Positions 39,329-49,932 are shown, counted from the first letter of the stretch. The stretch: DNA of 64,000 bases from Obrimoposthia wandeli (GCA_977020255.1 CDROCS010000253.1:2356001-2420000); one strand, 5' to 3'. Made by a program: numbers and translations. The notes: generated by a model not told the origin, from the sequence alone.

Positions 39329-41305
39329 ATGATTATGAAACCAGTGAATGTTTTACCTGCCTTTGTATCACAAGATACTGATTTAAAAAATAAAGATTCA
39401 TCAGGTACTTCTGTAGATAGTAATAAAGATGTTGGTTTTTCTAGCTTAGTTGCACAGCACCTTACGGATGAAAATAAAGTGAACAGTGGCAAAAAGTCGA
39501 CAGCAACAGCACAGACTACTTCGGCAACCCAAGGTAAAGCTATTGCCGCCAACGGCAAAAATGATCTAGATGAGATTAATAGTCGCCAAGAAAGTGACTC
39601 TAATGAGTCACTTGAAGCTAGTAAGAGCAGTAAAGCCGCTATGGATGAAAGGTTGGGAAAAGAAAAAGACGCCGAGAAAGGTGGCTCTTTAGCTAAGTCT
39701 GAGCAATTTATTTCATTACTTTATAATAGCGACCAAACCTTAGCTCAGGCAACAGAGCCGAGTAAGGGCACATCAACCGTTAATGCTAGCCAAGGTACTG
39801 ATGCTATTATCAACAGCAGCAATGTCGTTAATACTAATGTTATCAAGACTAAGGATAATAATGGCCAAGCAGAGACCGTGCAAAGCGAGGACCACGAAAG
39901 TAAAGTCCTAGTAAGCGAACATAGATTAAGCGCCTTTTCAAAAGACGAACTATTCGCTCGAGCGCAGCTAAAAAACAACAATGCGTTAGCACCGCAAGCA
40001 AGTGATCAGGCATTAAAAGATTACCAGTTGTCGTTGCAATCACAGCAAAATGCTATTAAGAACCAAAGCATTACTAGCGAACAATTAATGAATACACAGC
40101 TGGCCAATTCGCAACTGAATAATAAAGTTACCGATCTGGCTGCTGGCGTATCACAAGCGAACAAAAACCAACTAACTGAGCAAGTAGACACTGGCCTATA
40201 TCAATTACCTGTTGAGCCTATTGGTAAAGAGAATTTCACCGCTGGTGATGTGTCTCATTCGGCTAAAGAATCAGTTGCTAAAGGCGAAGAAAATCAAGGT
40301 GATATAGATGCTGAATTGGCAACTGAAGTTACTAATATACCTGCAACAAAAAAGCTTAATAGTTCGTCAGAAGTTTTAAATGTTAACCCGAGCAATAGTG
40401 AACCTGGGAAATTTCCGTTAAGCAAAGCTAATACAGATAAAGTAATCGCAGAGCGAAATTCACAAGCAACAGCAAACATTGAAAATATCTCTCAAGAACA
40501 ATTTGTGGCGGCTCAAGAAAAAAAATCTGTGATGACAAGTGCTCAATTACAGCAAGCTCAGGTGCAACAAAAAGTACAAGCAGAGAGTAGTGGGCAGCAA
40601 GCTATTGACGATGCGGCTGAGGAGTTTATTGATTCACCGCTGTTGGCAGAAGACAATCCCATAGAGCAGGGCATAAAAACAACCAGTAAAGTTATAGATA
40701 GTATTGCGATGCGTACTGTGTCTGAGCTACAAGCGCAAACTGTGCAAGCGATCCAAACTAAACAAAGTAATGATGCTTATCTTGAACATCAGGTATCTGA
40801 AGTATTAAATCATAACGTTGCTAGTGATACCGCACAAATACAAAAAAATAATATCCAGCTTCAACAAGAAACAGTCTCTATTTACAGAAAAGATTTTGCT
40901 GATGCGGTGAAAGATAAAGTGATGATCACCATTAATCAGAAATTGCAGCAATTTGATATCACCTTAGACCCGCCAGAGTTTGGTAATATGCAAGTGCGCG
41001 TTAACTTACAAGGTGAACAAGCTACCGTTAACTTTGTTGTGCAAAATCAGCAAGCAAAAGAGGCACTAGAACAAAATATGCACAAATTACGCGATATGCT
41101 GTCTGAGCAAGGTGTTGATGTAGGTGGCGCTAATGTTGAGCAGCAAGACCAACAGCAAAATAAAAATGAACAAAGCTTAGGACAAAATAATGACAATGGC
41201 TCTGCTTTAAAAAATGGTGCTCAAAAAGAAGCGCATAATGTCGAGCATATATTATCGGCGAAATTGTTTGATTCTTCTGCAACTGGCGTAGATTACTACG
41301 CTTAA
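39329..41305 (+). CDS. fliK: Hook-length control protein FliK
   Basis: Low-complexity N-terminal region plus C-terminal domain 'LDPPEFGNMQVRV', 'KLRDMLSEQG', 'GVDYYA'. Confidence 0.93.
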   Translation: MIMKPVNVLPAFVSQDTDLKNKDSSGTSVDSNKDVGFSSLVAQHLTDENKVNSGKKSTATAQTTSATQGKAIAANGKNDLDEINSRQESDSNESLEASKSSKAAMDERLGKEKDAEKGGSLAKSEQFISLLYNSDQTLAQATEPSKGTSTVNASQGTDAIINSSNVVNTNVIKTKDNNGQAETVQSEDHESKVLVSEHRLSAFSKDELFARAQLKNNNALAPQASDQALKDYQLSLQSQQNAIKNQSITSEQLMNTQLANSQLNNKVTDLAAGVSQANKNQLTEQVDTGLYQLPVEPIGKENFTAGDVSHSAKESVAKGEENQGDIDAELATEVTNIPATKKLNSSSEVLNVNPSNSEPGKFPLSKANTDKVIAERNSQATANIENISQEQFVAAQEKKSVMTSAQLQQAQVQQKVQAESSGQQAIDDAAEEFIDSPLLAEDNPIEQGIKTTSKVIDSIAMRTVSELQAQTVQAIQTKQSNDAYLEHQVSEVLNHNVASDTAQIQKNNIQLQQETVSIYRKDFADAVKDKVMITINQKLQQFDITLDPPEFGNMQVRVNLQGEQATVNFVVQNQQAKEALEQNMHKLRDMLSEQGVDVGGANVEQQDQQQNKNEQSLGQNNDNGSALKNGAQKEAHNVEHILSAKLFDSSATGVDYYA

Positions 41306-41445
41306 TTGTTTAAAATGAAGTGAAGTTGATGAAAACACATTGGCTCAAAGACTATTCAAGGATATAGTCTATCCATCAACACTATGTCATTAATTAGTCA
41401 CTTATTATTATCACTATTTGTGGCTGTATAACTTAAAGGGTTCTC

Positions 41446-42006
41446 ATGGCAGACGAAAAAGAAAATGGCAAAGAAGGCGAGTTAGAATTAGACAAGTCAG
41501 GCAAAAAGAAAAAAATGATTATTATCATTATTGCTTTGGTTGTTCTACTTGGTGGTGGTGCCGGTGCGTATTTTTTCTTTATGGGTGGTAGTGATAGCGA
41601 TGTAAGTCAAACCGAACTTGATGCAGAATTAAATAGTGATTCAGATGAAGCTAAAGTCGCTAATGCAGATTCAGGTGCACAATTAGGCTCTGCTTTGTAT
41701 GTACCAATGCCTAGACCGTTTCGTTTTAATGTGCCGGGGGCAGCCCGAGATCGTTTTGTCGAGATTCGCGTGCAGTTACTTGTTCGCGGTGGCGATAACG
41801 AAGAGAGTGCTAAGATGCATATCCCATTGATAGAAAGTACCTTGTTGGGTGTTTTCTCACAAGCCAATGCAGACGATTTGGGGACAAGTGCAGGAAAGGT
41901 TGCTTTAAAGCAGCAATCATTAGCTGCTGTACAGAAAATAATGACAGATGTTGAAGGTGATAAAACCGTTGAAAAAGTACTTTTTACCGGTTTTGTCATG
42001 CAATAA
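41446..42006 (+). CDS. fliL: Basal-body-associated protein FliL
   Basis: Single N-terminal transmembrane segment, 'YVPMPRPFRFNV', 'VEKVLFTGFVMQ'. Confidence 0.93.
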   Translation: MADEKENGKEGELELDKSGKKKKMIIIIIALVVLLGGGAGAYFFFMGGSDSDVSQTELDAELNSDSDEAKVANADSGAQLGSALYVPMPRPFRFNVPGAARDRFVEIRVQLLVRGGDNEESAKMHIPLIESTLLGVFSQANADDLGTSAGKVALKQQSLAAVQKIMTDVEGDKTVEKVLFTGFVMQ

Positions 42007-42081
42007 TTAGTTAAGTTTATCGGCTAAAGAGCCCATTTTTCTAGTTAACAATAAGCAAAGTAAATAAGAAGAGACTATCGA

Positions 42082-43146
42082 GTGAGTGATTTATTATCCC
42101 AAGACGAAATTGATGCCTTATTACATGGTGTTGATGATGTTGAAGAAGAAGACGTAGTTGAGGATGTCGTGCAATCGCGAGACGGCACTTCTGATTATGA
42201 TTTTTCTTCACAAGATCGTATTGTACGTGGCCGTATGCCAACGTTGGAAATGGTTAATGAACGTTTTGCTCGCCATATGCGCATTAGCTTATTTAATATG
42301 ATGCGTCGGACTGCTGAAGTCTCTATCAATGGTATTCAGATGATAAAGTTTGGTGAGTACATACATACCTTGTTTGTACCTACCAGCTTAAATATGGTGC
42401 GTTTTCGTCCGTTAAAGGGAACCGCACTAATCACCATGGAAGCTCGTTTGGTTTTTATTCTGGTCGATAACTTCTTTGGTGGTGATGGTCGTTACCACGC
42501 TAAAATAGAAGGGCGTGAATTTACCCCGACAGAGCGTCGCATTATTCAAATGTTATTAAAGCTTATTTTTGAAGATTATAAAGAAGCTTGGTCACCAGTG
42601 ATGGATGTCTCCTTTGAATATTTAGATTCAGAAGTTAACCCTTCAATGGCAAATATTGTTAGTCCAACTGAAGTGGTAGTTATTAGTTCTTTTCATATTG
42701 AATTAGACGGCGGCGGCGGCGATTTCCACATTGCATTACCTTATTCTATGCTCGAGCCAATTCGTGAATTACTTGATGCCGGTGTGCAAAGTGATAAAGA
42801 AGATACCGATATGCGCTGGTCTAAAGCGTTACGTGATGAAATTATGGATGTACCCGTTACCATTAATACTAAATTTATTGAGGTTGATATCTCATTAAAG
42901 CAAGTGATGGAATTAAGGGCAGGAGATATTATACCGATTGAAATGCCTGAGCATATTACGGTGCTAGTTGAAGACTTACCAACCTTTAGAGCCAAGTTAG
43001 GTCGTAGTCGAGATAATATAGCATTGAAAATTGAATCGAAAATTAGGCGACCAGAGTCAGCTAAATCTGAATTAACTATCTTAACTAAAGGCGGTAAACG
43101 CCTTGATAGTGACGCAGAACTTCACCTGTTAGAAGATGACTTTTAA
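42082..43146 (+). CDS. fliM: Motor switch protein FliM
   Basis: 'LLSQDEIDALL', 'GRMPTLEMVNERFAR', 'EGREFTPTE'. Confidence 0.97.
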   Translation: MSDLLSQDEIDALLHGVDDVEEEDVVEDVVQSRDGTSDYDFSSQDRIVRGRMPTLEMVNERFARHMRISLFNMMRRTAEVSINGIQMIKFGEYIHTLFVPTSLNMVRFRPLKGTALITMEARLVFILVDNFFGGDGRYHAKIEGREFTPTERRIIQMLLKLIFEDYKEAWSPVMDVSFEYLDSEVNPSMANIVSPTEVVVISSFHIELDGGGGDFHIALPYSMLEPIRELLDAGVQSDKEDTDMRWSKALRDEIMDVPVTINTKFIEVDISLKQVMELRAGDIIPIEMPEHITVLVEDLPTFRAKLGRSRDNIALKIESKIRRPESAKSELTILTKGGKRLDSDAELHLLEDDF

Positions 43147-43160
43147 TAAGTCTATGTATA

Positions 43161-43214
43161 TATACCTGTTCCACTTGAAGATGCAAACTCGGATCTTCAA
43201 GTGGAACAGGCATA
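43161..43214. repeat. Minimal (internally deleted) ERIC-like element
   Basis: 22-bp arms TATACCTGTTCCACTTGAAGAT / ATCTTCAAGTGGAACAGGCATA around a 10-nt loop; same termini as 61265-61495 and 63620-63932. Confidence 0.75.
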
Positions 43215-43256
43215 AATTGATCTATTTGAACAAAATTATAAATTGAGGCCAGTGGT

Positions 43257-43652
43257 ATGAGTAACGATAAAGATGAAGATCTAAGTATGTGGGATGAGGC
43301 GCTAGATGAGCAAGCTGAAGCAAAAGCAGGTGCTGAAACAGTTGAACTGGAAGAGTTAACGCCAGATGACGCACCTATTACGGGTGAAGATAAGCGAAAG
43401 CTTGATGCTATTCTAGATATTCCGGTTACTATTTCGATGGAAGTAGGTCGGAGTAATATCAGCATCAGAAATTTATTACAATTAAACCAAGGCTCGGTAG
43501 TTGAATTAGACCGAGTAGCGGGCGAGTCACTTGATGTATTAGTGAATGGTACCTTAATTGCCCATGGCGAAGTGGTGGTTGTTAACGATAAATTTGGTAT
43601 TCGTTTAACCGATGTGGTTAGCCAAGTTGAGCGTATTAAAAAATTAAAGTAA
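43257..43652 (+). CDS. fliN: Motor switch protein FliN
   Basis: 'ILDIPVTISMEVGR', 'LIAHGEVVVVNDKFGIRLTD'. Confidence 0.97.
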   Translation: MSNDKDEDLSMWDEALDEQAEAKAGAETVELEELTPDDAPITGEDKRKLDAILDIPVTISMEVGRSNISIRNLLQLNQGSVVELDRVAGESLDVLVNGTLIAHGEVVVVNDKFGIRLTDVVSQVERIKKLK

Positions 43653-43723
43653 AACAATTTAGTCAGTATGAATTAGTAAATAGAATTTATTAATCATGAA
43701 GTAAATAGAGATATAAAATCAAA

Positions 43724-44293
43724 ATGATAATAAAAACAATACGCATATTACTGGCTTTTAGTTGTTGTTTACTGTCTTTAATGGTTTTAGCGCAAGAAAG
43801 TGTTTCTGAAAATGAGTCAGTCAAAAGTACTGTTACTGAAAACGTTGTTAATGATCAAGCTGCAGTCCAGCAAGATTTCATTCAGCAAGGCGCAACTCAG
43901 CCAGAATTAGCTCAGCAACCTTCTGCGCCACCAGAACTCAATAACAATACTCCGCAAGTAGGTAAGCATGTTATGGCCAATATGGATGCTGGCAGTATGA
44001 TATTATCCTTGTTAATGGTACTCGCATTAATTGTTATTTGTGCTCTGGTGCTTAAGCGTTTTAATCTGACACAACAAGGTGTTAGTCAACTTAAAGTAGT
44101 GACGAGTTTATCATTAGGCGCTAAAGAACGTGTGGTTGTTATTCAAGCAGGGGAGCAACAATTGCTCTTAGGGGTTACCGCTCAACAAGTGACCTTAATT
44201 GAGCGTTTAGAAGTACCGTTGGCGACTCAAACGTTAACAGCAACTGAGTTGCCAAAAAGTCTATTGTCTTTTCTATCTGCTAAAAAGTCTTAG
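43724..44293 (+). CDS. fliO: Export chaperone FliO
   Basis: 'LKVVTSLSLGAKERVVVIQAGEQQLLLGVT'; N-terminal signal-like extension. Confidence 0.9.
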   Translation: MIIKTIRILLAFSCCLLSLMVLAQESVSENESVKSTVTENVVNDQAAVQQDFIQQGATQPELAQQPSAPPELNNNTPQVGKHVMANMDAGSMILSLLMVLALIVICALVLKRFNLTQQGVSQLKVVTSLSLGAKERVVVIQAGEQQLLLGVTAQQVTLIERLEVPLATQTLTATELPKSLLSFLSAKKS

Positions 44294-44378
44294 TATCAAA
44301 TAGATTAAACATCCTCACTAATAAATATCAGCACAACGACTTTACATCAGGTTGTTTTTTAGGGGTTACCAACGAACC

Positions 44379-45137
44379 ATGAAAAGAATTTCGTTATTCA
44401 TCATCATAGCACTATCCTTGCTCAGTATGAGTTTTGGTGCGTTTGCCGAAGATTTGTCTCTATCAGCATTAACACTCACCACTAATCCTGATGGCTCACA
44501 AGAGTATTCGGTAAACTTACAAATTTTGATTTTTATGACGGCGCTGAGTTTTATACCAGCAGCCGTTATTATGATGACCTCATTTACCCGTATTGTCGTA
44601 GTGATGGCTATTTTACGACAAGCCTTTGGTCTTCAGCAAACCCCCTCTAATCAGGTGATTATTGGCTTAACGCTCTTTATGACTCTGTTTATTATGACAC
44701 CGGTTTATAATCAAATAGATAAAAGTGCCATTCAACCCTATTTATCAGAGGAGTTAACTTCCACTGAAGCGATTAATCTAGGTAAGGTGCCATTACGTGC
44801 CTTTATGCTAGAGCAAACACGCGTTAAAGATCTTGATACGTTAGCAGCAATGGCTGGTATTGATGCGGTAGATAAACCTACTGATTTACCTATGACAGTA
44901 ATTATTCCTGCTTTTATCATTAGTGAATTAAAAACAGCTTTTCAGATTGGCTTTATCCTCTTCATTCCCTTTTTGATTATTGATTTGGTTGTGGCGAGTA
45001 TTTTAATGGCAATGGGTATGATGATGCTTTCACCTATGATCGTATCTTTACCTTTTAAACTGATGTTATTTGTTTTAGTTGATGGATGGAACTTAGTTAT
45101 CGGTACCATCGCAACCAGTTACGGAATGGGTAGTTAG
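44379..45137 (+). CDS. fliP: Export gate FliP
   Basis: '[17 protein letters not shown]', '[14 protein letters not shown]', '[14 protein letters not shown]'; ATG 44379 preferred. Confidence 0.97.
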   Translation: MKRISLFIIIALSLLSMSFGAFAEDLSLSALTLTTNPDGSQEYSVNLQILIFMTALSFIPAAVIMMTSFTRIVVVMAILRQAFGLQQTPSNQVIIGLTLFMTLFIMTPVYNQIDKSAIQPYLSEELTSTEAINLGKVPLRAFMLEQTRVKDLDTLAAMAGIDAVDKPTDLPMTVIIPAFIISELKTAFQIGFILFIPFLIIDLVVASILMAMGMMMLSPMIVSLPFKLMLFVLVDGWNLVIGTIATSYGMGS

Positions 45138-45193
45138 CAAAACAGTAAGCTGTAATGGTATATAGCAACGAGTTAAGTAAAAGAGAGTAAGTT

Positions 45194-45463
45194 ATGGGAC
45201 CTGAAATTTATGTAGATATATTAGGCGATGCGTTATTACTCGTGATCATACTGGTGAGTGCTATTATTCTTCCTAGTTTGGCTGTGGGTCTTATGGTTGC
45301 TGTTTTTCAGGCGGCCACATCGATTAACGAGCAAACCTTAAGTTTTTTACCACGATTAATTGTCACCTTGCTTTCTCTGATATTTGGTGGCCATTGGTTA
45401 CTACAAAAAGTGATGGACTATACTATTCGACTCATTGCTAGTATTCCCAGTGTGATCGTCTAG
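45194..45463 (+). CDS. fliQ: Export gate FliQ
   Basis: 'VFQAATSINEQTLSFLPRL'. Confidence 0.96.
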   Translation: MGPEIYVDILGDALLLVIILVSAIILPSLAVGLMVAVFQAATSINEQTLSFLPRLIVTLLSLIFGGHWLLQKVMDYTIRLIASIPSVIV

Positions 45464-45512
45464 GTATGTGTTTAGTTATGTTGTTAGACACCCTTATTGC
45501 TAGAGCAGCTTA

Positions 45513-46295
45513 ATGGAATTTACCGAGTCTATAATTAATCAATATATGGCCGATTTTATTCTGCCCTTTAGTCGTATTTCGGCTTTGATTATGACAATGA
45601 TAGGCTTTAGTTCAAAGACCATTCCTGGTCGAGTCAAAGTGTTTTTATGTCTCAGTATTACCATCGCTGTGATGCCAGCGATTCCTTCTGCTAGTGTAGA
45701 TACCCTTGTGTCACTCAATACTGCCATTCTATTGGGCCAGCAAATGATTATCGGCGTTATGCTGGGCTTTGTAACTATCATGGTGGTTAATACTTTTACC
45801 CTAGCGGGCCAAATTATTGCGATGCAATCGGGTCTTGGTTTCGCTTCTTTAGTGGATCCCGCCAGTGGTATGAATGTACCTGCCATTGGGCAATTTTTTC
45901 TCATTCTATCTTCATTGTTATTTTGGGTGATGGATGGTCACCTTGCTTATTTACAATTTATTGTCGCTAGTTTTGATACTTTACCAATCCCCACTGAGCA
46001 CTTATCTAGCATCAAATATCGAGAAGTTGTTGAATGGGGGGGATGGATGTTTGCAACAGCTTTGTCACTTGCTTTAGCACCAATAACGGCGATGTTATTA
46101 ATCAACTTTTCGTTTGGTATTATGACCAGAGCCGCTCCGCAGCTGAACATTTTTGCCATTGGTTTCCCTATCACCATGATGGCCGGTTTACTTATCATGT
46201 GGCTAACCTTTGGTAACTTCTTTACTCACTTTGAATTACAGTGGCAACGGGCGCTGGACTTTAGCTGTTATCTTATTGATTGTAAGGCGACGTAA
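45513..46295 (+). CDS. fliR: Export gate FliR
   Basis: 'AGQIIAMQSGLGFA', 'RAAPQLNIFAIGFP'. Confidence 0.96.
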   Translation: MEFTESIINQYMADFILPFSRISALIMTMIGFSSKTIPGRVKVFLCLSITIAVMPAIPSASVDTLVSLNTAILLGQQMIIGVMLGFVTIMVVNTFTLAGQIIAMQSGLGFASLVDPASGMNVPAIGQFFLILSSLLFWVMDGHLAYLQFIVASFDTLPIPTEHLSSIKYREVVEWGGWMFATALSLALAPITAMLLINFSFGIMTRAAPQLNIFAIGFPITMMAGLLIMWLTFGNFFTHFELQWQRALDFSCYLIDCKAT

Positions 46296-47426
46296 ATGGC
46301 TGATTCTGATAGCGGTGAAAAAACTGAAGAACCCACGGCAAAAAAGCTTACCGATGCCCGGAAAAAAGGGCAAATTGCTCGCTCTAAAGATTTAGGGACT
46401 TTTTTTGTTCTCGTGGGTAGTGCTTGCGCCATGTTATTGATGGGAAAATCTTTAGCTACGTCAATGGCTAATATGATGAGCCATATGTTTAGCTTAAGTC
46501 GACAAGAAGCAATGGACATAAATGCACTCTTTAAAGTTATCAATGATGGGATTTATCAAATTGTCCCGCCATTATTATGGATATTTTTTATCGTCATGTT
46601 AGCGGCATTTATTGGTAATACGTTACTTGGTGGCATGAGTTTCTCATCGGATGCCATGATGCCAAAAGCAAGTAAACTATCTCCTATGGCCGGCTTTAAA
46701 CGTATGTTTGGCGTACAAGCAGCCGTTGAACTTGTTAAGTCTATTTTGAAGTTTTTTGTGGTTTTTATCGTCGCTTTTTTATTATTAAGTGGTTTGTTTG
46801 AGGAAATTCTTGGTTTAAGTCGAGAGACTATTCCTACTAACTTTGAACATGCTATTACCATGTTACAGTGGATGTTTTTGGTGCTTGCTCTATCCATAGG
46901 GATTATTGTTGTTATTGATGCGCCTTATCAAGTTTGGAATCACAATCGCCAGTTAAAAATGACTAAACAAGAAATTAAAGATGAGCATAAGGGAACGGAG
47001 GGTAATCCTGAAATCAAGGGCCGTATTCGCCGAACCCAATATGAAATGTCGCAACGGCGCATGATGCAGGACGTACCTGACTCTGATGTAGTTATTACCA
47101 ACCCCACCCATTTTTCTATTGCACTTAAATACGATGCCGCTGCTGGTGGTGCTCCCGTGTTATCAGCGAAGGGCGTTGATGAAATGGCGATACATATTCG
47201 TACCATTGCTAAGGAGCATCAAATAGAAATAATTCAATCACCCGCTTTAGCTCGATCACTCTATTATACTGCAGAGGTTGGCGATGACATTCCAGAAGAA
47301 TTGTTTGCTGCTGTTGCGCAAGTCTTAGCCTTTATATTTCAACTCAATGAACATAAAAAAGGTAAAGCTAGAAAGCCAACGCCCATTGCTAAAGAGCTTC
47401 CTATACCCGATGAGTTTAGATATTAG
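46296..47426 (+). CDS. flhB: Export switch protein FlhB
   Basis: 'EKTEEPTAKKL', autocleavage motif 'NPTH', 'PALARSLY'. Confidence 0.97.
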   Translation: MADSDSGEKTEEPTAKKLTDARKKGQIARSKDLGTFFVLVGSACAMLLMGKSLATSMANMMSHMFSLSRQEAMDINALFKVINDGIYQIVPPLLWIFFIVMLAAFIGNTLLGGMSFSSDAMMPKASKLSPMAGFKRMFGVQAAVELVKSILKFFVVFIVAFLLLSGLFEEILGLSRETIPTNFEHAITMLQWMFLVLALSIGIIVVIDAPYQVWNHNRQLKMTKQEIKDEHKGTEGNPEIKGRIRRTQYEMSQRRMMQDVPDSDVVITNPTHFSIALKYDAAAGGAPVLSAKGVDEMAIHIRTIAKEHQIEIIQSPALARSLYYTAEVGDDIPEELFAAVAQVLAFIFQLNEHKKGKARKPTPIAKELPIPDEFRY

Positions 47427-47432
47427 AGACTA

Positions 47433-47696
47433 GGGTCTGTTGAACTTTGGAGGTTGTTTTTGCAGCTGTTTGTTGGGTATTTATACAAGGCAGAGCCTTT
47501 GTCATGTGGTTGTTCCACATAAAAAGGCGATAACGCCGTAAAAGTGACCAATAAACGCTGTCCGAAGGATTCGGCTAAAAGCGCTTTACTCTTTGTTGAG
47601 CAGTATTTGCTTAGAGTGACTAGGCTACAGACTACTCGCCGCGATTAAAACGCTTTTATCTCGAACAAAATTTAACCGCGAAAGATCAACAGACCC
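47433..47696. mobile_element. MITE with GGGTCTGTTGA terminal inverted repeats and TA flanks
   Basis: Left GGGTCTGTTGAACTTTGGAGGTT; right end reverse-complements to GGGTCTGTTGATCTTTCGCGGTT; TA at 47431-47432 and 47697-47698; 264 bp, noncoding. Confidence 0.75.
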
Positions 47697-47774
47697 TAAG
47701 AGACGGGAAGTATTATTTGACTATAACTGTTGAAAGCTTTATTTTGCACAGCAACTAAGCACGACAGCCTTTTT

Positions 47775-47790
47775 TGGTATAATAATTGCT
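47775..47790 (+). promoter_or_regulatory. sigma54 promoter for the flhA operon
   Basis: TGGTATAATAATTGCT, GG-N10-GC; FleQ-like half box GTCAAAAAAA at 47805 in the leader. Confidence 0.7.
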
Positions 47791-47829
47791 AATTCAAGGC
47801 AACTGTCAAAAAAACATCATGAAGTAGTA

Positions 47830-49932
47830 ATGCAATTAGCCGCTTATTTTAATCAGTTTGATAAATCTAAATTACGCCACCTTTCGGGCTTAGGCACACC
47901 TATATTGGTGATGGCTGCCTTAGGCATGATTATTTTACCTATGCCTGCTTGGTTATTAGATATTCTTTTTTCTTTTAACATAGCGCTTTCCCTCGTTGTC
48001 TTACTTATTACCGTTTACACCTTAAAACCACTCGATTTTGGCTCCTTCCCTGCCGTTTTACTGGTAGCGACTATTTTAAGGCTGGCGCTTAATGTGGCCA
48101 GTACCCGAGTCGTTTTATTAGAAGGTCATGAAGGACCTGAAGCTGCAGGTAAGGTAATTGAAGCTTTTGGCTCCGTTGTTATCGGCGGGAACTATGCTGT
48201 TGGCTTAGTGGTTTTTCTTATTTTGATCATTATTAACTTTGTTGTTGTGACCAAAGGTGCTGGACGAATAGCTGAAGTAACGGCTCGCTTTACCTTAGAT
48301 GCAATGCCAGGTAAACAAATGGCTATTGATGCTGATTTAAATGCCGGCTTTATTACGCAAGAGCAAGCGAAAGAACGAAGAACTGAAGTCACCAGTGAAG
48401 CTGATTTTTATGGCTCTATGGATGGTGCCAGTAAGTTTGTAAAAGGTGATGCGATTGCCGGTATTTTAATATTATTCATCAATATCGTTGGTGGCTTAAT
48501 TATTGGCATGGTACAGCATGATTTATCTTTTAGTCGTGCTGTTGAGATATATACCTTGCTTACTATTGGTGATGGTCTGGTTGCGCAAATACCTGGCTTG
48601 TTGTTATCAATTGGTACTGCCATAGTGGTAACGCGTCAAAATACCTCGCAAGATATGGGCGAGCAAGTAAGTAGTCAACTTGGTCAAGAGAAGTCACTTT
48701 ACGTAGCAGCAGGTGTGATGTTTGTCATGGGTGTCATTCCAGGTATGCCGCATTTTGTCTTTTTGTTATTTGCAGCAATCATTGCCGCCGCTGCTTTTTT
48801 TGGCGCTAGAAATAAAGTAAGTCAAAAAGTTGAACTTGAAAAATTAGCACAAGATGAGCAAGTTCAACATCAACAAAAAGAAGAGGAAGTAAAAGAGCTG
48901 GATTGGGATGATGTTAATCATGTTGATGTCATTGGTTTAGAAATTGGCTATCGTTTAATTCCATTGGTAGACAAAGCACAGGGTGGTGAGCTACTGAGCA
49001 GAATTAAAGGTGTACGTAAAAAACTTTCCCAAGAACTTGGCTTTTTAGTGCCGGCAGTACATATTCGCGACAATTTAGATTTAGACCCAAACAGTTATCA
49101 AATATCGTTAATGGGCGTTGTGGTCGGCACAGCACAAATTAGACATGACCAAGAACTTGCCATCAATCCGGGACAAGTATTTGGCCAGTTAGATGGCGTA
49201 GCTACTAAAGATCCTGCTTTTGGTCTTGATGCAACTTGGATTAACCAAAATCAACGTGAACAAGCGCAAACATTGGGCTACACTGTCGTTGATTCTGCAA
49301 CGGTATTAGCTACTCATTTAAGCCAAATATTAACCAATAATGCTGCCCAGTTGTTAGGCCATGAGGAAGTTCAAAATTTATTGGACTTACTTGCTAAAAA
49401 CTACCCTAAGTTAGTTGAAGGCTTTGTTCCTGATACTTTGACTTTAGGTACGGTTGTTAAAGTATTGCAAAGCTTAATGAATGAAGGTGTTGCTGTACGC
49501 GATATGCGCTCTATTGTACAAACCTTGGTTGAATATGGACCAAAAAGTCAAGATGCGGAAGTGTTAACAGCGGCGGTGCGAATTAGTTTAAGAAAATTTA
49601 TCGTGCAAGACCTTGTTGGTGGTGCACAAGAAATACCCGTCATAACATTGGCTCCAGAGTTGGAACAGATGTTGCATCAGTCAATGCAAATGGCAGGAGA
49701 TGATGGTGCTGGTATTGAACCAGGGTTAGCTGAACGCTTACAACAATCATTAACTGAAGGAGCAAACCAGCAAGAGATGGCTGGTGATACACCAATATTA
49801 TTAACGTCAGGGATTTTGAGACATGTTTTGGCTAAATTTGTTAAATATACTATTCCAAGCCTACGTGTTATTTCATATCAGGAAATACCTGATGACAAAC
49901 AAATTAAAATAGTTAGTGCTATTGGGCAGTAA
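47830..49932 (+). CDS. flhA: Export gate FlhA
   Basis: 'ARFTLDAMPGKQMAIDADL', 'FYGSMDGASKFVKGDAIAG'. Confidence 0.98.
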   Translation: MQLAAYFNQFDKSKLRHLSGLGTPILVMAALGMIILPMPAWLLDILFSFNIALSLVVLLITVYTLKPLDFGSFPAVLLVATILRLALNVASTRVVLLEGHEGPEAAGKVIEAFGSVVIGGNYAVGLVVFLILIIINFVVVTKGAGRIAEVTARFTLDAMPGKQMAIDADLNAGFITQEQAKERRTEVTSEADFYGSMDGASKFVKGDAIAGILILFINIVGGLIIGMVQHDLSFSRAVEIYTLLTIGDGLVAQIPGLLLSIGTAIVVTRQNTSQDMGEQVSSQLGQEKSLYVAAGVMFVMGVIPGMPHFVFLLFAAIIAAAAFFGARNKVSQKVELEKLAQDEQVQHQQKEEEVKELDWDDVNHVDVIGLEIGYRLIPLVDKAQGGELLSRIKGVRKKLSQELGFLVPAVHIRDNLDLDPNSYQISLMGVVVGTAQIRHDQELAINPGQVFGQLDGVATKDPAFGLDATWINQNQREQAQTLGYTVVDSATVLATHLSQILTNNAAQLLGHEEVQNLLDLLAKNYPKLVEGFVPDTLTLGTVVKVLQSLMNEGVAVRDMRSIVQTLVEYGPKSQDAEVLTAAVRISLRKFIVQDLVGGAQEIPVITLAPELEQMLHQSMQMAGDDGAGIEPGLAERLQQSLTEGANQQEMAGDTPILLTSGILRHVLAKFVKYTIPSLRVISYQEIPDDKQIKIVSAIGQ

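Noticed and set aside
39329-41305. Long low-complexity FliK (658 aa)
   Set aside because: Comparable lengths are usual in polar-flagellated marine gammaproteobacteria
41341-41356. TGGCTC upstream of fliL as a sigma54 promoter
   Set aside because: No GC at the -12 position
43085-43657. 190-aa ORF on the minus strand
   Set aside because: Antisense shadow of fliN and the fliM end, running through a repeat element
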